From the human T2T-CHM13v2.0 reference genome, Homo sapiens: DNA of 64,000 nt. The translations under genes were made by a program, and so were the position numbers. Each line of letters starts with the position of its first letter. Positions within the stretch are counted from its first letter, which is position 1. The DNA is taken from the NCBI RefSeq assembly GCF_009914755.1, contig NC_060931.1; one strand, given 5' to 3'. Below the pieces are notes generated by a model. That model was not told the origin of the DNA. It was given only the letters and a program-made list of their open reading frames with translations, and did no database searches. Below are positions 12,401 to 31,789 of the stretch, in pieces.

Positions 12401-12504
12401 TTTGAGACCACCGACCCTTCGGCTAGGCCTATGCACGTGTCCCAAAACAACCTTTTGTGTCCGAGGGCTCAAAACTCCACCCTCAGATGATGCTAACATC
12501 ACCA

Positions 12505-12838
<334 letters not shown>

Positions 12839-12917
12839 TGAGGCTTGATTACACCTGCACAGTGATCTGTTTTGGATGCTTGTCCCCTCCACATTTCAGG
12901 TTGAAATATGATCTGCA

Positions 12918-13947
12918 GGGGTGGTTCCAAGATGGCCGAATAGGAACAGCTCCAGTCTACAGCTCCCAGCGTGAGCGACGCAGAAGACAGGTGATTTCTG
13001 CATTTCCAACTGAGGTACCGGGTTCATCTCACTGGGGATTGTCAGACAGTGGGTGCAGGACAGTGGGTGCAGTGCACCAAGCATGAGCCGAAGCAGGGTG
13101 AGGCATCGCCTGACCTGGGAAGCACAAGGGGTCAGGGAATTCCCCTTCCTAGCCAAGGGAAGAAGGGACAAATGGCACCTGGAAAATCGGGTCACTCCCA
13201 CCCTAATACTGTGCTTTTCTGACGGTCTTAGCAAACGGCACACCAGGAGATTATATTCCGTGCCTGGCTCAGAGGATCCTACACCCATGGAGCCTCACTC
13301 ATTGCTAGCACAGCAGTCTGAGATCGAACTACAACGCGGCAGCGAGCTGGGGGAGGGGCACCTGCCATTGCTGAGGCTTGAGTAGGTAAAAAAAGTGGCC
13401 AGGAAGCTCGAACTGGGTGGATCCCACTGCAGCTCAAGGAGGCCTGCCTGCCTGCCTCTGGAGACTCCACCTCTGGGGGCAGGGCATAGCCGAACAAAAC
13501 GCAGCAGAAACTTCTGCAGACTTAAATGTTCCAGTCTGACATCTTGGAAGAGAGTAGTGGTTCTCCCAGCACGGAGCTTGAGATCTGAGAATGAACAGAC
13601 TGCCTCCTCAAGTGGGTCCTTGACCCCCGAGTAGCCTAACTGGGAAGCACCCCCCAGTAGGGGCAGACTGACACCTCACACGGCTGGGTACCCCTCTGAG
13701 ATGAAACTTCCAGAGGAACGATCAGGCAGCAACATTTGCTGTTCACCAATATTCGCTGTTCTGCAGCCTCCGCTACTGATACCCAGGCAAACAAGGTCTG
13801 GAGTGGACCTCCAGCAAACTCCAACTGACCTGCAGCTGAGGGTCCTGACTCTCAGAAGGAAAACTAACAAACAGAAAGGACATCCACACCAAAACCCTAT
13901 CTGTACGTCACCATCATCAAAGACCAAAGGTAGATAAAACCACAAAG
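12918..13947 (+). promoter_or_regulatory. L1 5'UTR internal promoter region; YY1 motif CAAGATGGCC at 12928-12937
   Basis: Motif seen in sequence; sense and antisense promoter activity is known for L1PA 5'UTRs but not shown for this copy. Confidence 0.6.
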
Positions 13948-14964
13948 ATGGGGAAAAAACAGAGCAGAAAAACTGAAAATTCTAAAAATCAAAGTGCCTC
14001 TCCTCCTCCAAAGGAATGCAGCTCCTCACCAGCAACAGAACAAAGCTGGACAGAGAATGACTTTGACGAGTTGAGAGAAGAAGGCTACAGACGATCAAAC
14101 TTCTCCGAGCTAAAGGAGGAAGTTTGAACCCAACGCAAAGAAGTTAAAAACCTTGAAAAAAGATGAGACGAATGGCTTACTAGAATAACCAATGCAGAGA
14201 AGTCCTTAAAGGACCTGATGGAGCTGAAAACCATGGCACGAGAACTACGTGAAGAATGCACAAGCTTCAGTAGCCGATTCGATCAACGGGAAGAAAGGGT
14301 ATCAGTGAAGGAAGATCAAATGAATGAAATGAAGCTAGAAGAGAACTTTAGAGAAAAAAGAATAAAAAGAAATGAACAAAGCCTCCAAAAAATATGGGAC
14401 TATGTGAAAAGACCAAATCTACGACTGATTGGTGTACCTGAAAGTGACGGGGAGAATGGAACCAAGTTGGAAAACACTCTGCAGGATATTATCCAGGAGA
14501 ACTTCCCCAATCTAGCAAGGCAGGCCAACATTCAAATTCAGGAAATACAGAGAACGCTACAAAGATACTCCTCGAGAAGAGCAACTCCAAGACACATAAT
14601 TGTCAGATTCACCAAAGTTGAAATGAAGAAAAAAATGTTAAGGGCAGCCAGAGAGAAAGGTCGGGTTACCCACAAAGGGAAGCCCATCAGACTAACAGCT
14701 GATCTCTCGGCAGAAACTCTACAAGCCAGAAGAGAGTGGGGACCAATATTCAACATTCTTAAAGAAAAGAATTTTCAACCCAGAATTTCATATCCAGCCA
14801 AACTAAGCTTCATAAGTGAAGGAGAAATAAAATACTTTACAGACAAGCAAATGCTGAGAGATTTTATCACCACCAGGCCTGCCCTACAAGAGCTCCTGAA
14901 TGAAGCACTAAACATGGAAAGGAACAACTGGTACTAGCCACTGCAAAAACATGCCAAACTGTAA
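13948..14964 (+). pseudogene. L1 ORF1p, disrupted
   Basis: ATG 13948 to TAA 14964 (338 codons) with in-frame stops at 14125, 14164 and 14935; ORF track gives ..RPNLRLIGVPE..YPAKLSF. Confidence 0.95.
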
Positions 14965-15027
14965 AGACCATCGAGGCTAGGAAGAAACTGCATCAACTAA
15001 CGAGCAAAATAACCAGCTAACATCATA

Positions 15028-18823
<3,796 letters not shown>

Positions 18824-19218
18824 ACATTGACAACACTTGGACACAGGAAGGGGGACATCACACACCAGGGCCTGTTGTGGGGGGAGGGGGGAGGGATAGC
18901 ATTAGGAGATATACTAATGTAAATGACGAGTTAATAGGTGCAGCACACCAACATGGCACATGTATACATATGTAACAAACCTGCATGTTGTGCACACGTA
19001 CCCTAGAACTTAAAGTATAATAAAAAAAAATAAAAAAAAAAAACAACCAACCAACCAACCAAACAAACAAACAGAAAAAAAAAAAAAGAAATATGATCCA
19101 CAGTGTTAGAGATGGGGCTTGGTAGATGATGTTTGGATCGTGAATGGATTGGTGCCCATCCCACAGTAATGAGTTCACATCAAATGTGGTTGTTTAAAAA
19201 AAAAAAAAAAAAAGTCTG

Positions 19219-19551
19219 GGCCAGGTGCAGTGGCTCACTTGTAATCCCAGCACTTTGGGAGGCCGAGGTGGGAGGATCACTTGAGCCCAGGAATTCGAGG
19301 CCAGCCTAGGCAACATAGCAAGACCCCATCTCTACAAAAAAGTAAAAAAAAGAAAAAAAAGAAAAAAGAAAAAAAGAAAAAAAAATAGCCAGCTCTGGTG
19401 CCTGTAGTCCCAGCTACTACTTGCAAGGTTGAGGCAGGAAGATTGCTTGAGCCCAGGAGTTTGGGTCTACAGTGAGCCATCATTGTGCCACTGCACTCCA
19501 CCTTGCAGCCTGGGTGACAATGTGAGGACCTGTCTCAAAGAAAAGAAAAAA
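19219..19551 (+). mobile_element. AluJ with expanded middle A-tract
   Basis: J-type diagnostics (ggaggatcacttgagccc, ggattgcttgagccc-like). Confidence 0.9.
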
Positions 19552-19553
19552 GA

Positions 19554-19870
19554 GGCTGGGCATGGTGGCTCACGCCTGTAATCCCAGCACTTTGGGAGGC
19601 TGAGGCAGGCGGATCACCTGAGGTCAGGTGTTCGAGACTAGCCAGGCCAACATGGCAAAACCCCATCTCTATTAAAAATACAAAAATTAGCCAGCAATGG
19701 TGACAGGCACCTGTAATCCCAGTTACTCAGGAGGCTGAGGCAGGAGAATCATTGGAACCCTGAGATGGAGGTTGCAGTGAGCCAAGATCATACCACTGCA
19801 CTCCAGGCTGGGTGACAGAGTAAGACACCACCAAAAACAAAAAAAAGAAAGAAAGAAAGAAAAAAAAGAA
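19554..19870 (+). mobile_element. AluS, followed by (GAAG)n/(GGGA)n to ~19925
   Basis: Full dimer. Confidence 0.93.
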
Positions 19871-20114
19871 GGAAGGAAGGAAGGAAAGAAGGAAGGGAGG
19901 GAGGGAGGGAGGGAGGAAGGAAGGAAATAATAATTAAAATGAGCCTAGCATCTCCTGCTCTTTCTCTTGTTCCCTCTCTTGCTCTGTGTTATGCTGGTTT
20001 CCCTTCACCTTCTGCCATAAGTATAAGCTCCCTGAGTCCTCTCCAGAAGCAGATGCTGACACTATGCTTCCTGTACAGCCTGCAGAACCATGAGCCAAAT
20101 AAACCTCTATTCTT

Positions 20115-20425
20115 GGCCAGGCACAGCGGCTCGCATCTGTAATCCCAGCACTTTGGGAGACCGAGGCGGGTGGATCACTTGAGAGGTCAGGAATACCAAA
20201 CCAGCCTGGCCAACGTGGTAAAACCCCGTCTCTACTAAAAATACAAAAATTAGCTGGGCGTGGTGGCAGTCGCCTATAATCCCACCTACTAGAGAAGCTG
20301 AGGCAGGAGTATCATTTGAACCCAGAGGTGGAGGATGCAGTGAGCTGAGATCACGCCACTGCACTCCAGGCTGGGTGACAGAGTGAGACTGTGTCTCCAA
20401 AATAAATAAAATTAAAATTAAAAAA
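20115..20425 (+). mobile_element. AluS
   Basis: Full dimer; TSD cctctattct. Confidence 0.95.
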
Positions 20426-20762
20426 CCCCTCTATTCTCTATAAATTACCCAGCCTCAGATATTTCTTTATAGCAACACAAAAACAGATTAACACACACAG
20501 AAACCCTGATTAGCTCACCTTTCCCACCCTCCCCTCACCGTTCCCCACACTTTAGACCATGCTGCCTTCTATCCCATAATACTCCCATTCCCTATTTTCA
20601 GGGAGGCAGATTTGAGATTTGTTCTCCTATCTCCTCACACAGCACTGCATTGTGAAATCTTTTCTCTTTTGCAAAAACTCATTACCACAGTGATTGGCTT
20701 CTTGCACATGGGCAGAAAGGACCTGGTCACTAACAGGCACTGCTATAGGAGTTACCAGGACA

Positions 20763-21075
20763 GGCCAGGCACCGTGGCTCATGCCTGTAATCCCAGCACT
20801 TTGAGACATGGAGGCGGGCAGATCACCTGAGGTCAGGAATTCGAGACCAGCCTGGCCAACATGGTGAAATTCTTGTCTCTACTAAAAATACAGAAAAAAA
20901 AAAATTAGCCAGGCATGGTGGCAGATGCCTATAATCCAAGCTACTCAGGAGGCTGAGGGCAGGAGAATCAGTTGAACCCAGGAGGCAAGAGGTTGCAATG
21001 AGCCGAGATCGTGCCACACTACACTCCAGCCTAGGCAACAAGAGTAAAACTCCATCTCAAAAAAAAAAAAAAAAA
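20763..21075 (+). mobile_element. AluS
   Basis: Full dimer; TSD atag(g/a)agttaccaggaca. Confidence 0.95.
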
Positions 21076-21249
21076 CAGATAGAAGTTACCAGGACAGACA
21101 GTAGCTGCCTTCTGTTGAGCAGAAGATCTTCACGAATCTTTTGCATATGCAAGATGGAGCCCAAGTTCCAATTTGCTTGAGGGGGCCTAAATTATTTGAA
21201 TCAATAAATAAAAAGGAAACTGAGTTATAAAATACTTTGTATGTTTTAG

Positions 21250-21600
21250 GAATGGATCCAGTGCCTGGGATAGAGGATTGAAGAAGCCAGGCAAGGTCCC
21301 TGTTCTCCCAAAACTTATGTTCTAGGGGGTTTACTCACAAGTAAACAAGAAGAATGTTTCAGATGGCAGCAAGTGCTATTAAAAAAAACACTGATAAAGC
21401 AGGCAGTGTGCTGAGATGACCGGGAGGGTAAGAGGCTCTCCCTTGAGATAAACATCAGGGCTGAGACTCATATAGAAAAGGGAGCCAGCCATGTGGAATG
21501 GAGTGGCAGAGCTGCCTAGGCAGGGAACAACCAATGCAAAGATCTTGAGAGGGTGAGCTTGATATTGGCAGAGCAGAGAGAACGTGAGAGGGGCTGAGAA
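21250..21600 (-). mobile_element. L2 3' fragment
   Basis: gcaaggtccctgttctccca...ttatgttctagggg; ggagccagccatgtgg. Confidence 0.6.
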
Positions 21601-21614
21601 AGGCTACATTGGGC

Positions 21615-21795
21615 CTCTCCACCTACCAGCCATATATACTCTTGGGCAAGTTTCTTCCTTCTGTGTGTCTCAGTTTTTTCATTTGTAAAATGGGAATGTT
21701 ACTAACATCAATCGTGTAAGTTTAAGGACTCAGTAATGTAAAACATGCAAAGTATACTTGTCCAGCATAGAGTAGATGCTCAATAACTATTTGCT
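21615..21795 (+). mobile_element. MIR
   Basis: Core cttgggcaagtt...ctcagttttttcatttgtaaaatggg. Confidence 0.8.
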
Positions 21796-21796
21796 G

Positions 21797-21803
21797 TGAT
21801 GAT

Positions 21804-21836
<33 letters not shown>

Positions 21837-21847
21837 GTGACGATGAC
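21797..21847 (+). repeat. (GAT)n microsatellite
   Basis: Directly visible. Confidence 0.9.
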
Positions 21848-22013
21848 ACTGTTGTCATGAGCCTGCATCATGAGGCTGTTCACAATGACAAAAGCCTTAG
21901 GCACTATCTACCAGCTGGCCATATTATCACCCTTGGCCCTCACACTGCCTTCCCGTCCTTGCTATCTCCCTGGTTAGATTCTCACAAGCTCATCATTGCC
22001 TGTAAGACGATCC

Positions 22014-22466
22014 TGTATCCATTTGTTAGGGCTGCCATAACAAAGGACCACAGGCCAGGTGGCTTCAACAACAGAAGTCTATTGTCTCACTGTTCTGGGG
22101 GCTAGAATTTGCCATCAAGGTTATATGTAGGGTTGGTGCCCTCCAAGGGCCTTGGGCAAGAATCTGTTCCATGCCTCCCTCTGCTCGCTTCTTGGAGTCT
22201 GCTGGCAATCTTTAGCGTTCCTTGGCTTGTAGATCTCTGCCTTCATCTTCACGCAATCTTCTAATGTTCTTCCTGTGTGTGTCTCTGTCCCAATTTCCCC
22301 TTTTATAAGGACACTAGTATTAGACTAGAGCCATCCTAATAGTCTCATTTTACCTCGATTATCTCAGTAAAGATCCTATCTCTAAATGAGGCCACATTCT
22401 GATGTACTTGAGGGTTGGGGCGCCAACATATTATTTTTTGGGAGGACACAATTCAACCCCGTAATA
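22014..22466 (-). mobile_element. MLT1B/C solo LTR
   Basis: agggctgccataacaaag...ggacacaattcaacccc; TSD gatcc/gaccc. Confidence 0.85.
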
Positions 22467-22636
22467 GACCCACACGTCACATTCAGGAGTCTATCATCAG
22501 TGCTGCCTCCCACTTGGGGGACCCTTTCCAATGCGCTACCTTCTCCCACATCCTGCTCTCAGCCAGGGAACGTTCTGAATGTGCCTGCAAGACTAACCAG
22601 CTACCTTCCACCCATGTGCCTGCCCAGCAGATATCG

Positions 22637-23176
<540 letters not shown>

Positions 23177-24327
23177 TAGGTCTCTGCCTCCCCTATGGGG
23201 AGACCAGGGTTCTCTGTGAAAACAAAACAAAACAGGATGTTCTGTTTATGCCAAGATGACTGTGGCTTCAAGGCCTTCCCTCTCACATCTGCACCCATTT
23301 CTGTTGGTGTCTGATTTCCTGTGAGAGCCCTAGAGAGCTACGATCTTCACATAGCTGGAGTTTGCATGGTGCGAGAGAGCAACACATGAAAGAGATCTTT
23401 CTAGGGCTTCTTCAGTCCATTAGCATCTGATGACTAGTGACCAGTTTGATACAACCTATCTACCTGCCAGGAACCACAGGTCTCAGCAGTCCACAAGCCC
23501 AGCAATAGGAACAACACTGAGGAATCCATGGTTATGGTCCTAGAAGCAGAAACTTGAGATGTTTCCCGGCCAAAGCTGGTGCACATTGCCCTCCAGGAAA
23601 ATTCAGGTCCTCAGACTTCAATTCCCAGCTACCAGCCGAGAGAGAGGCACCAGAGAGGATTAGAGTTTTTCCTAGTTTTTCTTAGGTTCTAAACGTGACA
23701 GGAAGCATTCCCCAGGCTACAGACTTGTTCCTCTAGGCTGTACAAAATCTGATTCAGGTCTTTCCAAGCTGGGAAAGGTTATCTGAGGTCACTCCATGGG
23801 GGAGAAGAATAAACAACTCCAAATAAGGCACTGTTTGTCCCCAGACTGTTCCTTGCCAGTTGGACAAACACACTCAAATACAAAGCTGTTTTGTCAGTAT
23901 CTGAGCTATGTCCCTTTCATGGCTGAGTATCAATCAAAGCAACCACTAGAACAGGCTAGAACCTCAGTGTTCACACTGGGCTCCCCCGGCTACCAGAATC
24001 AAGCCACTTTTCCTATAAATCAGTCACAAACAGTGAATGTTAAGACTGGCACTTCTTGCTTAGAGACCCAAATTCTGTTCCAAGAAGAGTATTTAAGGAT
24101 CTTCCTCTAACACCCCTTGGCTGCAGCAATCTTACCTGCCAGGGGACATTATTACAGCAAGATCACACCTACGCGTGGGCTGCTCCACCAAAAAATATGC
24201 CCACTGTTCCAGTAGGAGAGATCCTGCCTCTCTCTGCCCTTGGGGAACCTCTAGGGCAGACGTGGTGGCAGGATCTTGGTCAGAAATTGTCTACCTGCTG
24301 CCAGTACTGGATTTCTGGAAAGTTGTC

Positions 24328-24640
24328 AGCCAGGTGCATTGGCTCACTCCTGTAATCCCAGCACTTTGGGAGGTCGAGGTGGGAGGACTGCTTGAGGCAA
24401 GGAGTTCAAGTCCAGCCTGGGTAATATAACGAGACCTTGTCTCTACAAAATTAAAAAAAAAAAAAATAGCCAAGGATGGTGGTATGTGCCTACAGTCCCA
24501 GCTACTCGGGAGGCTGAAGCAGAAGGATCACTTGAGCCGGAGTTCAAGGCTGCAGTGAGCCATGATTCGTCACTGCACCCTAGTCTGGCCAACAGAGTGA
24601 GAACCTGTCTCTAAAAAAATAAAAAGAAAAAAGAAAAAGA
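24328..24640 (+). mobile_element. AluJ
   Basis: Full dimer; TSD gaaagttgt(c/t)a. Confidence 0.92.
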
Positions 24641-25691
24641 AAGTTGTTAGAAAAAGGCCCTCTCTGAGTAAGGGGAGGTCTGTATGGTGCCCTGGCCTTT
24701 CATCGCAGGACATCCACTGGGTAGTTTCTGCCACTGGGCACTTGAAGGATGCTTTGAAGCACTCTGCCTAGTATCAGCCTGGGAGCTGGTCCTGGCTAAC
24801 CTGGGCTTTGGTGGTTAGAATGATTTTTAAATGTGCCCAGTGCTCTTGACATGAGACTTTCATTTTTCCAAGGCAGCCTGAACCACTAACAATTCGCATT
24901 TCGGGGCAGTGGAGTGGACACTGGCCCAGAGTAACTTCTCTGTGAATTGGACACTAGGAGGGAGGTCTCCAAGACTGGATCTCATGATGAGATGTCCCTG
25001 CAATGGTGTTGGAAGCATCCCTTTTACCAGGAAAGCCTCAGGCTAGATCACAGAAGGCTGGGATTGGGAAAATAGAAATGGCTTCAACTCCTAGAAAGAT
25101 AAAATAATGACCTAGGGCCAGACAAACTGCTTCTTTTAACTAAGGAGGGAAGTAAAATTAAAAAAAAAAAAATAGGGGCATACTACGGGATTATGGACAC
25201 CTTGTCCAGCGTCATGCAAAATGCCTTGGCCAAGCCAAACTTGAACTTGAACTTAACTCTCAAAGCTCGCCATCTACATGTCTGACGACTGGCCCAGAAG
25301 AATTCATTTGCCGTCAGTGAAAGACTGGCCAAAGATGCTTGATGAAAAGTCCTCAAATATCCCGAATTAGCCTCTGAAGCTCTGGATTATAAAAGCAGAA
25401 GGTAAACTCACATGGGTACCATCTTGAGGATACCAATGTGTCAGCAATGTCTCTACACAACACTCTTATTTGCAAAGGGCACTGAACACCCGAGATGTAA
25501 ATGGCCTGAGAAACCTTTACCCTTTTTGCCCTGATATAACCACAGAGGGCCTCTGTGTCTCCCTCTACTAAAACTCAGATGTTGAAGTCCTAACCTCCAG
25601 CAGGGCTTTTAAGGAGGTTATGGGGTTAACTAAGGTCATAGGGTAAGGCTTAATCCGATAAGGCTGGTGTCCTTAATAAGAAGAGGAAGAG

Positions 25692-26020
<329 letters not shown>

Positions 26021-26204
26021 AAGAAAAGGAAGAAACACCAGGGATCTCACTTTCTCTCCCTGCATGCCCAGAGGGAAGGACATTTGAGGGCACAGTGAGA
26101 AATGACCATCTGCAAGGCAGAAAGAGAGGCTTCACCAGAAACCAATCTTGCCAACACCTTGGGCTTCCAGCCTCCAGAACAGTTAGAAAATATGTGTTGT
26201 TTAA

Positions 26205-27048
<844 letters not shown>

Positions 27049-28259
27049 GGCAACTAGTGGTCCAAAATCACCCAATGAGATTCTCTAGAAGAGGACAAAC
27101 CAAGGAGAACCTGGAAGGCCATCAGGGTCCAGCAATGGACTTCCATGTTTAAGCAAAAAAATGGCATGGGCTTACCAAATAATGGAAGATTGTTTTCCTA
27201 AGGAAACCAAGCAATAGAAGGATTATAGGCAAAACTGCTTGGATAGGACAGGACCAGCTGCTCAGAAAGGACCCCTGAATACAGAATGCTGTGAAGAGCC
27301 CCCTGTATCTTCAGACCATGGTGCAAAGAGGCACTCTCCGGCAGCATCTGCCCAAATGTGGGCACCTGATGGAGAGTAGGCAGTCGGGCCCACAACACTA
27401 GGACCCAAGCCACAAAGCCTGACTAATGCTCACACTGACTGGCCTGGAGGCAAGACTCCATCACTGCCTCTGTGCCTGGAAGCCAGCACAGAGCCATCCC
27501 TTGGGGAAGGGCCCCATGAGTCCCCATGTCACCACCGTAGCGACCTACAGGCAGAGCTTGGTGCAGCTCAAGCTGGGCATCCCAACACATTGGGCCATGC
27601 TCACCACCATCCAGACATAAGCGCCCTACTGGGGCAAAGTGTTCTGTTTGTATCATAATCTCCTCACTCTGAGGGATGCACCTCCCGTGGTGGGAGTGCT
27701 CTGGGGGACAGAGACACAGAAGCCACCAGTTCCTTCTAAAGCTGCTTCAGGATGATGGGGCTGAATATCACAACCCCACCTGCAAAAACCTCAGAGGCAG
27801 AGACTTCAAATCACAAAGCACTTCATGCACTTGTAAGTCTCTGTGAGTGGTGATGCTGAGTGTTGAGAGGATGCCAGGATTACTACCAAGACATAACCTC
27901 TGCCTACAGAGAGCTGTGATTGCCATGGTTGAGACAGATGCTCATGAAATGACATAAACGCCAGTCAAATTGATGGAAGTATAAAACAATGTACTAATTT
28001 ATTAACAAATACCAGCAGAATGTACAAACCAATCGGTTGAGCCCATCTGTCCTAGTGGGAGATCTTGATCGATGACATGGGAACTACTGGTCAGAGCTCA
28101 TTCATTCATTCATTCACTTACCCATTTGGCAAATATTTGTTGAATGCGTTGCATGCCAAGTACTGCACACAACAACGATATGCAAAGATGAATAAGACAT
28201 GGTCCATGTCCTCAAAAATTCCTGATCTAGGAAGATAGACAAGTACCTTAAAATACGCT

Positions 28260-28356
28260 GGCTGGGTGCAGTGGCTCACACCTGTAATCCCAGCACTTTA
28301 AGAGGCCAAGACAGGAGGAGCACTTGAACCCAGGAGTTTGAGACCAACCTGTGCTA
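28260..28356 (+). mobile_element. Alu left monomer (FLAM-like) fragment
   Basis: ggctgggtgcagtggctcacacctgtaatcccagcac. Confidence 0.85.
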
Positions 28357-28660
28357 CGGGAGGACTCAGGGGCTTCCAACAATGCCTAGTGAGAGAAAGG
28401 TCCGGAAAGTTTCCCAGAGAAGGTGACATTTCCACTGAAATGTGCTTCCAGAGAAGGATTTAATCATGTAAAGTGAGAAACAAAAAGACTTTTAGGAAGA
28501 CAGGGGAAAAAAAAAACAGGGTATTTTTGAAAAACTGAAGAAAGTTCCAGAAAACTGGAGGAGAGGAGGAAGGAGAAGTGGAAATGGAGGGACAGACCTT
28601 TCCAATTTCCAGAAGATATGAATTCACCTCAGGGGCAAAGGAAAACCATTTGAAAGTTAG

Positions 28661-28979
<319 letters not shown>

Positions 28980-29339
28980 TGAAGGTTTTAAGAGAAGATT
29001 CACAGAATCAGATTTATATTTCACTCATTCAGCCAGCCAAGACATATTTAGTAAGTACCTTTGATGTGAGAGGCTCTGCTCTAGGGGATAAAAGCAGGAA
29101 CAAAACAGACAAGGTCTCTTCCGTCATGTAGTTTACATTATCATGAGAGATGCTGACAATAAATAACTAAGCACATAAATTAATACAATAATTAAACACT
29201 TTGGAAACATCCCCCTGGCAGCAGCAATGTGGGGAGAATGGATTGAAAGGAAGCAAGACCAGAAACAAAGAGAAAGAGTAGGAGGCCCTGGCCGTAGTCC
29301 AGGCAGGAGATGAGTTTGCATGAGGCAGATCATATTGAA

Positions 29340-30170
29340 TGCCTCCCCCAAAATATTCCTTCCCCACTCCACCTCTCCAATCCAACCTTCGTCCTGGCCA
29401 GCAGAACCTGCTTCCCACACCAACAGCTGAAAATGCCAGAAACTCACTTTCACAGCCTTGTTTAGCTACAGTGTGGAGAAGTGACCCAATCATGGCCACT
29501 GAGACCTGAGAGTAAGGCTACAGAGGGCCCTCATGGGTAGGCTTTCCTTCCCCGTAAAGAGTGACATGACACAGCAAGACACATCCCTCTTCTTTGCTTG
29601 ATGTGTATCTGCAAGTCGTGCTGAGAACTGTTGCTGGCATCTTGTGATGCTGAGGACTGAGGCATTAAGGGTAGTGGAGCGAGTAGTTTGAAAGTACCCG
29701 AGTCTTGATGCCATTTTTGACTCACTAAATCAGCCCTGTAGCTGCCCTATCTCTTACCTCTTATTATGTGAGATTTATTTATTTATTTGTTTGTTTGTTT
29801 GTTTTTGAGATGGAGTCTCGCTCTGTCGCCCAGATCCGAGTACAGTGGTCTCGACTCACTGCAACCTCTGCCTCCCAGGTTCAAGCAATTCTCCTGCCTC
29901 AGCCTCCTGAGTAGCTGGGATTACAGGCATAAGCCACTATGCCTGGCTAATTTTTATATTTTTAGTAGAGATGGGGTTTCTCCATGTTGGCCAGGCTGGT
30001 CTCAAACTCCTGACCTCAGATTTCCACCCACCTCAACCTCTCAAAGTGCTGGGATTACAGGCATGAGCCACTGAGCCTGGCTGTTATTATGTGAGATTTT
30101 TAAAGAAACAAACAAAAAGCCTCTCACTGATGAAGGCACTTTTGGTTGGGTATTCTGTTTATTGCAATCA
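29340..30170 (+). mobile_element. Old LTR33/MLT1-like LTR interrupted by an Alu
   Basis: ttcacagccttgtttagcta...gtgacccaatcatggccactgagac; ttatgtgaga...ctgtttattgca. Confidence 0.55.
29775..30082 (-). mobile_element. AluS
   Basis: Full dimer; TSD ttattatgtgagattt. Confidence 0.93.
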
Positions 30171-30234
30171 ATAATGGCTTCAGTGATATGCTGTGCAATG
30201 CTAGGACACTTGTGGTAGAGATTTAAAGAACTAG

Positions 30235-30445
30235 AGCCTGGGCAATATAGCAAGACCCCATCTCAAAATCATTTTTTAAAAATTAGCCAGGCATGTGGTG
30301 TGTGCCTGTAATCCAGCTACTTCAGAGGCTGAGGCAGGGAGGATCACTTGAACCCAGAAGGCTGAGGCTGCAGAGAACTATGACCACGCCACTGTACTCC
30401 AGCCTGGGCAACAGAGCGAGACCCTGTCTCTAAAATAAAATAACA
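30235..30445 (+). mobile_element. AluJ, 5'-truncated
   Basis: agcctgggcaatatagcaagacccc... followed by right arm. Confidence 0.87.
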
Positions 30446-30446
30446 C

Positions 30447-30750
<304 letters not shown>

Positions 30751-30770
30751 GTGGGTAGGTGCAAAAAATA

Positions 30771-30953
30771 TTTAGAAAGAAGAATTGACAGAGCTGAGTG
30801 ATTTCCACTGAAGGTGAAAGAAACAGATATCTCTGAAGTCTGTGACCAGCAGCCCAACAGACAGACCATTAATCACTGTGTCAGGGAACACAAAAAGAAG
30901 AGCAGATGTGGACAACTTGGAGGTTCCCTTGCGACTTCCAAAGTGAAGGCAGG
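30771..30953 (+). repeat. Copy 1 of a 183-bp inverted duplication
   Basis: Ungapped reverse-complement match to 32126-32308, 154/183 by hand count. Confidence 0.93.
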
Positions 30954-31204
30954 TGAGAACAGACAGAAAGGCAAGGGCTTGTCTGGGCAACCAACCCAAA
31001 CAAGTCCATCTGGTATTCCCCTATCCTGTGGGTCTGCACACTAAGTTACGTAGTAACACAGAGAATAACATGGTTATTCTACTGAGATGCTAGGGAGAGA
31101 TTAGATTGCCATAAAATATGACTCCCTGATGAGTTCTCATGATGGCCACAGGAAGGAAGAGACATCCGTCATAATCATCAGCATTAAAGAACACTATTTA
31201 TTTT

Positions 31205-31509
31205 CTTTTTAGTTTTTTTTTTTTTTTTAAACAGAGTCTCGTTCTGCCACCCAGGCTGGAGTGCAGTAGTGCAATCTAGTGCCACTGCAACCTCCAGCTC
31301 CCAGGTTCAAGCGATGCCCCTGCCTCAGCCACCCGAGTAGCTGGGATTACAGGCATGCGCCACCATGCCCAGCTAACTTTTGTAGTTTTAGTAGAGATGG
31401 GGTTTCACCATGTTGGCCAGGCTGGTCTCAAACTCTTGACCTCAAGTGATCTGCCCACCTCGACCCCTCAAAGTGCTGGGATTACAGGCATGAGCTACCA
31501 TGCCCAGCC
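31205..31509 (-). mobile_element. AluS
   Basis: Full dimer; TSD agaacact. Confidence 0.93.
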
Positions 31510-31789
31510 AGAACACTTTATTTTTATGCAACACTAAAGTAAGCCTCTAACACTTAGTATTTGCACAACATGGATATTTGTGGATCCATTGCAACCCTGA
31601 TAAATAACAGTGGGTTCATGAATTCAAAGCTCTGCTATAGTAAGGAGCTACTTATTATCTCAGCTTATCTTAGAATCTCAGCTCCCTCCAGCCTGATATT
31701 CTGAGGACTGGGAGGGGCACGCCGCTGATGGCAAGCCCCTGCATGGAGAAAGGTTACCAGCACCATGGCTGCTGCAGCACTGTCCCCAA

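Noticed and set aside
25190-25520. TATAAAAG near 25388 with a short upstream ORF as a promoter or retrocopy
   Set aside because: Isolated motif, with no CpG island, poly-A/TSD or recognisable parent gene
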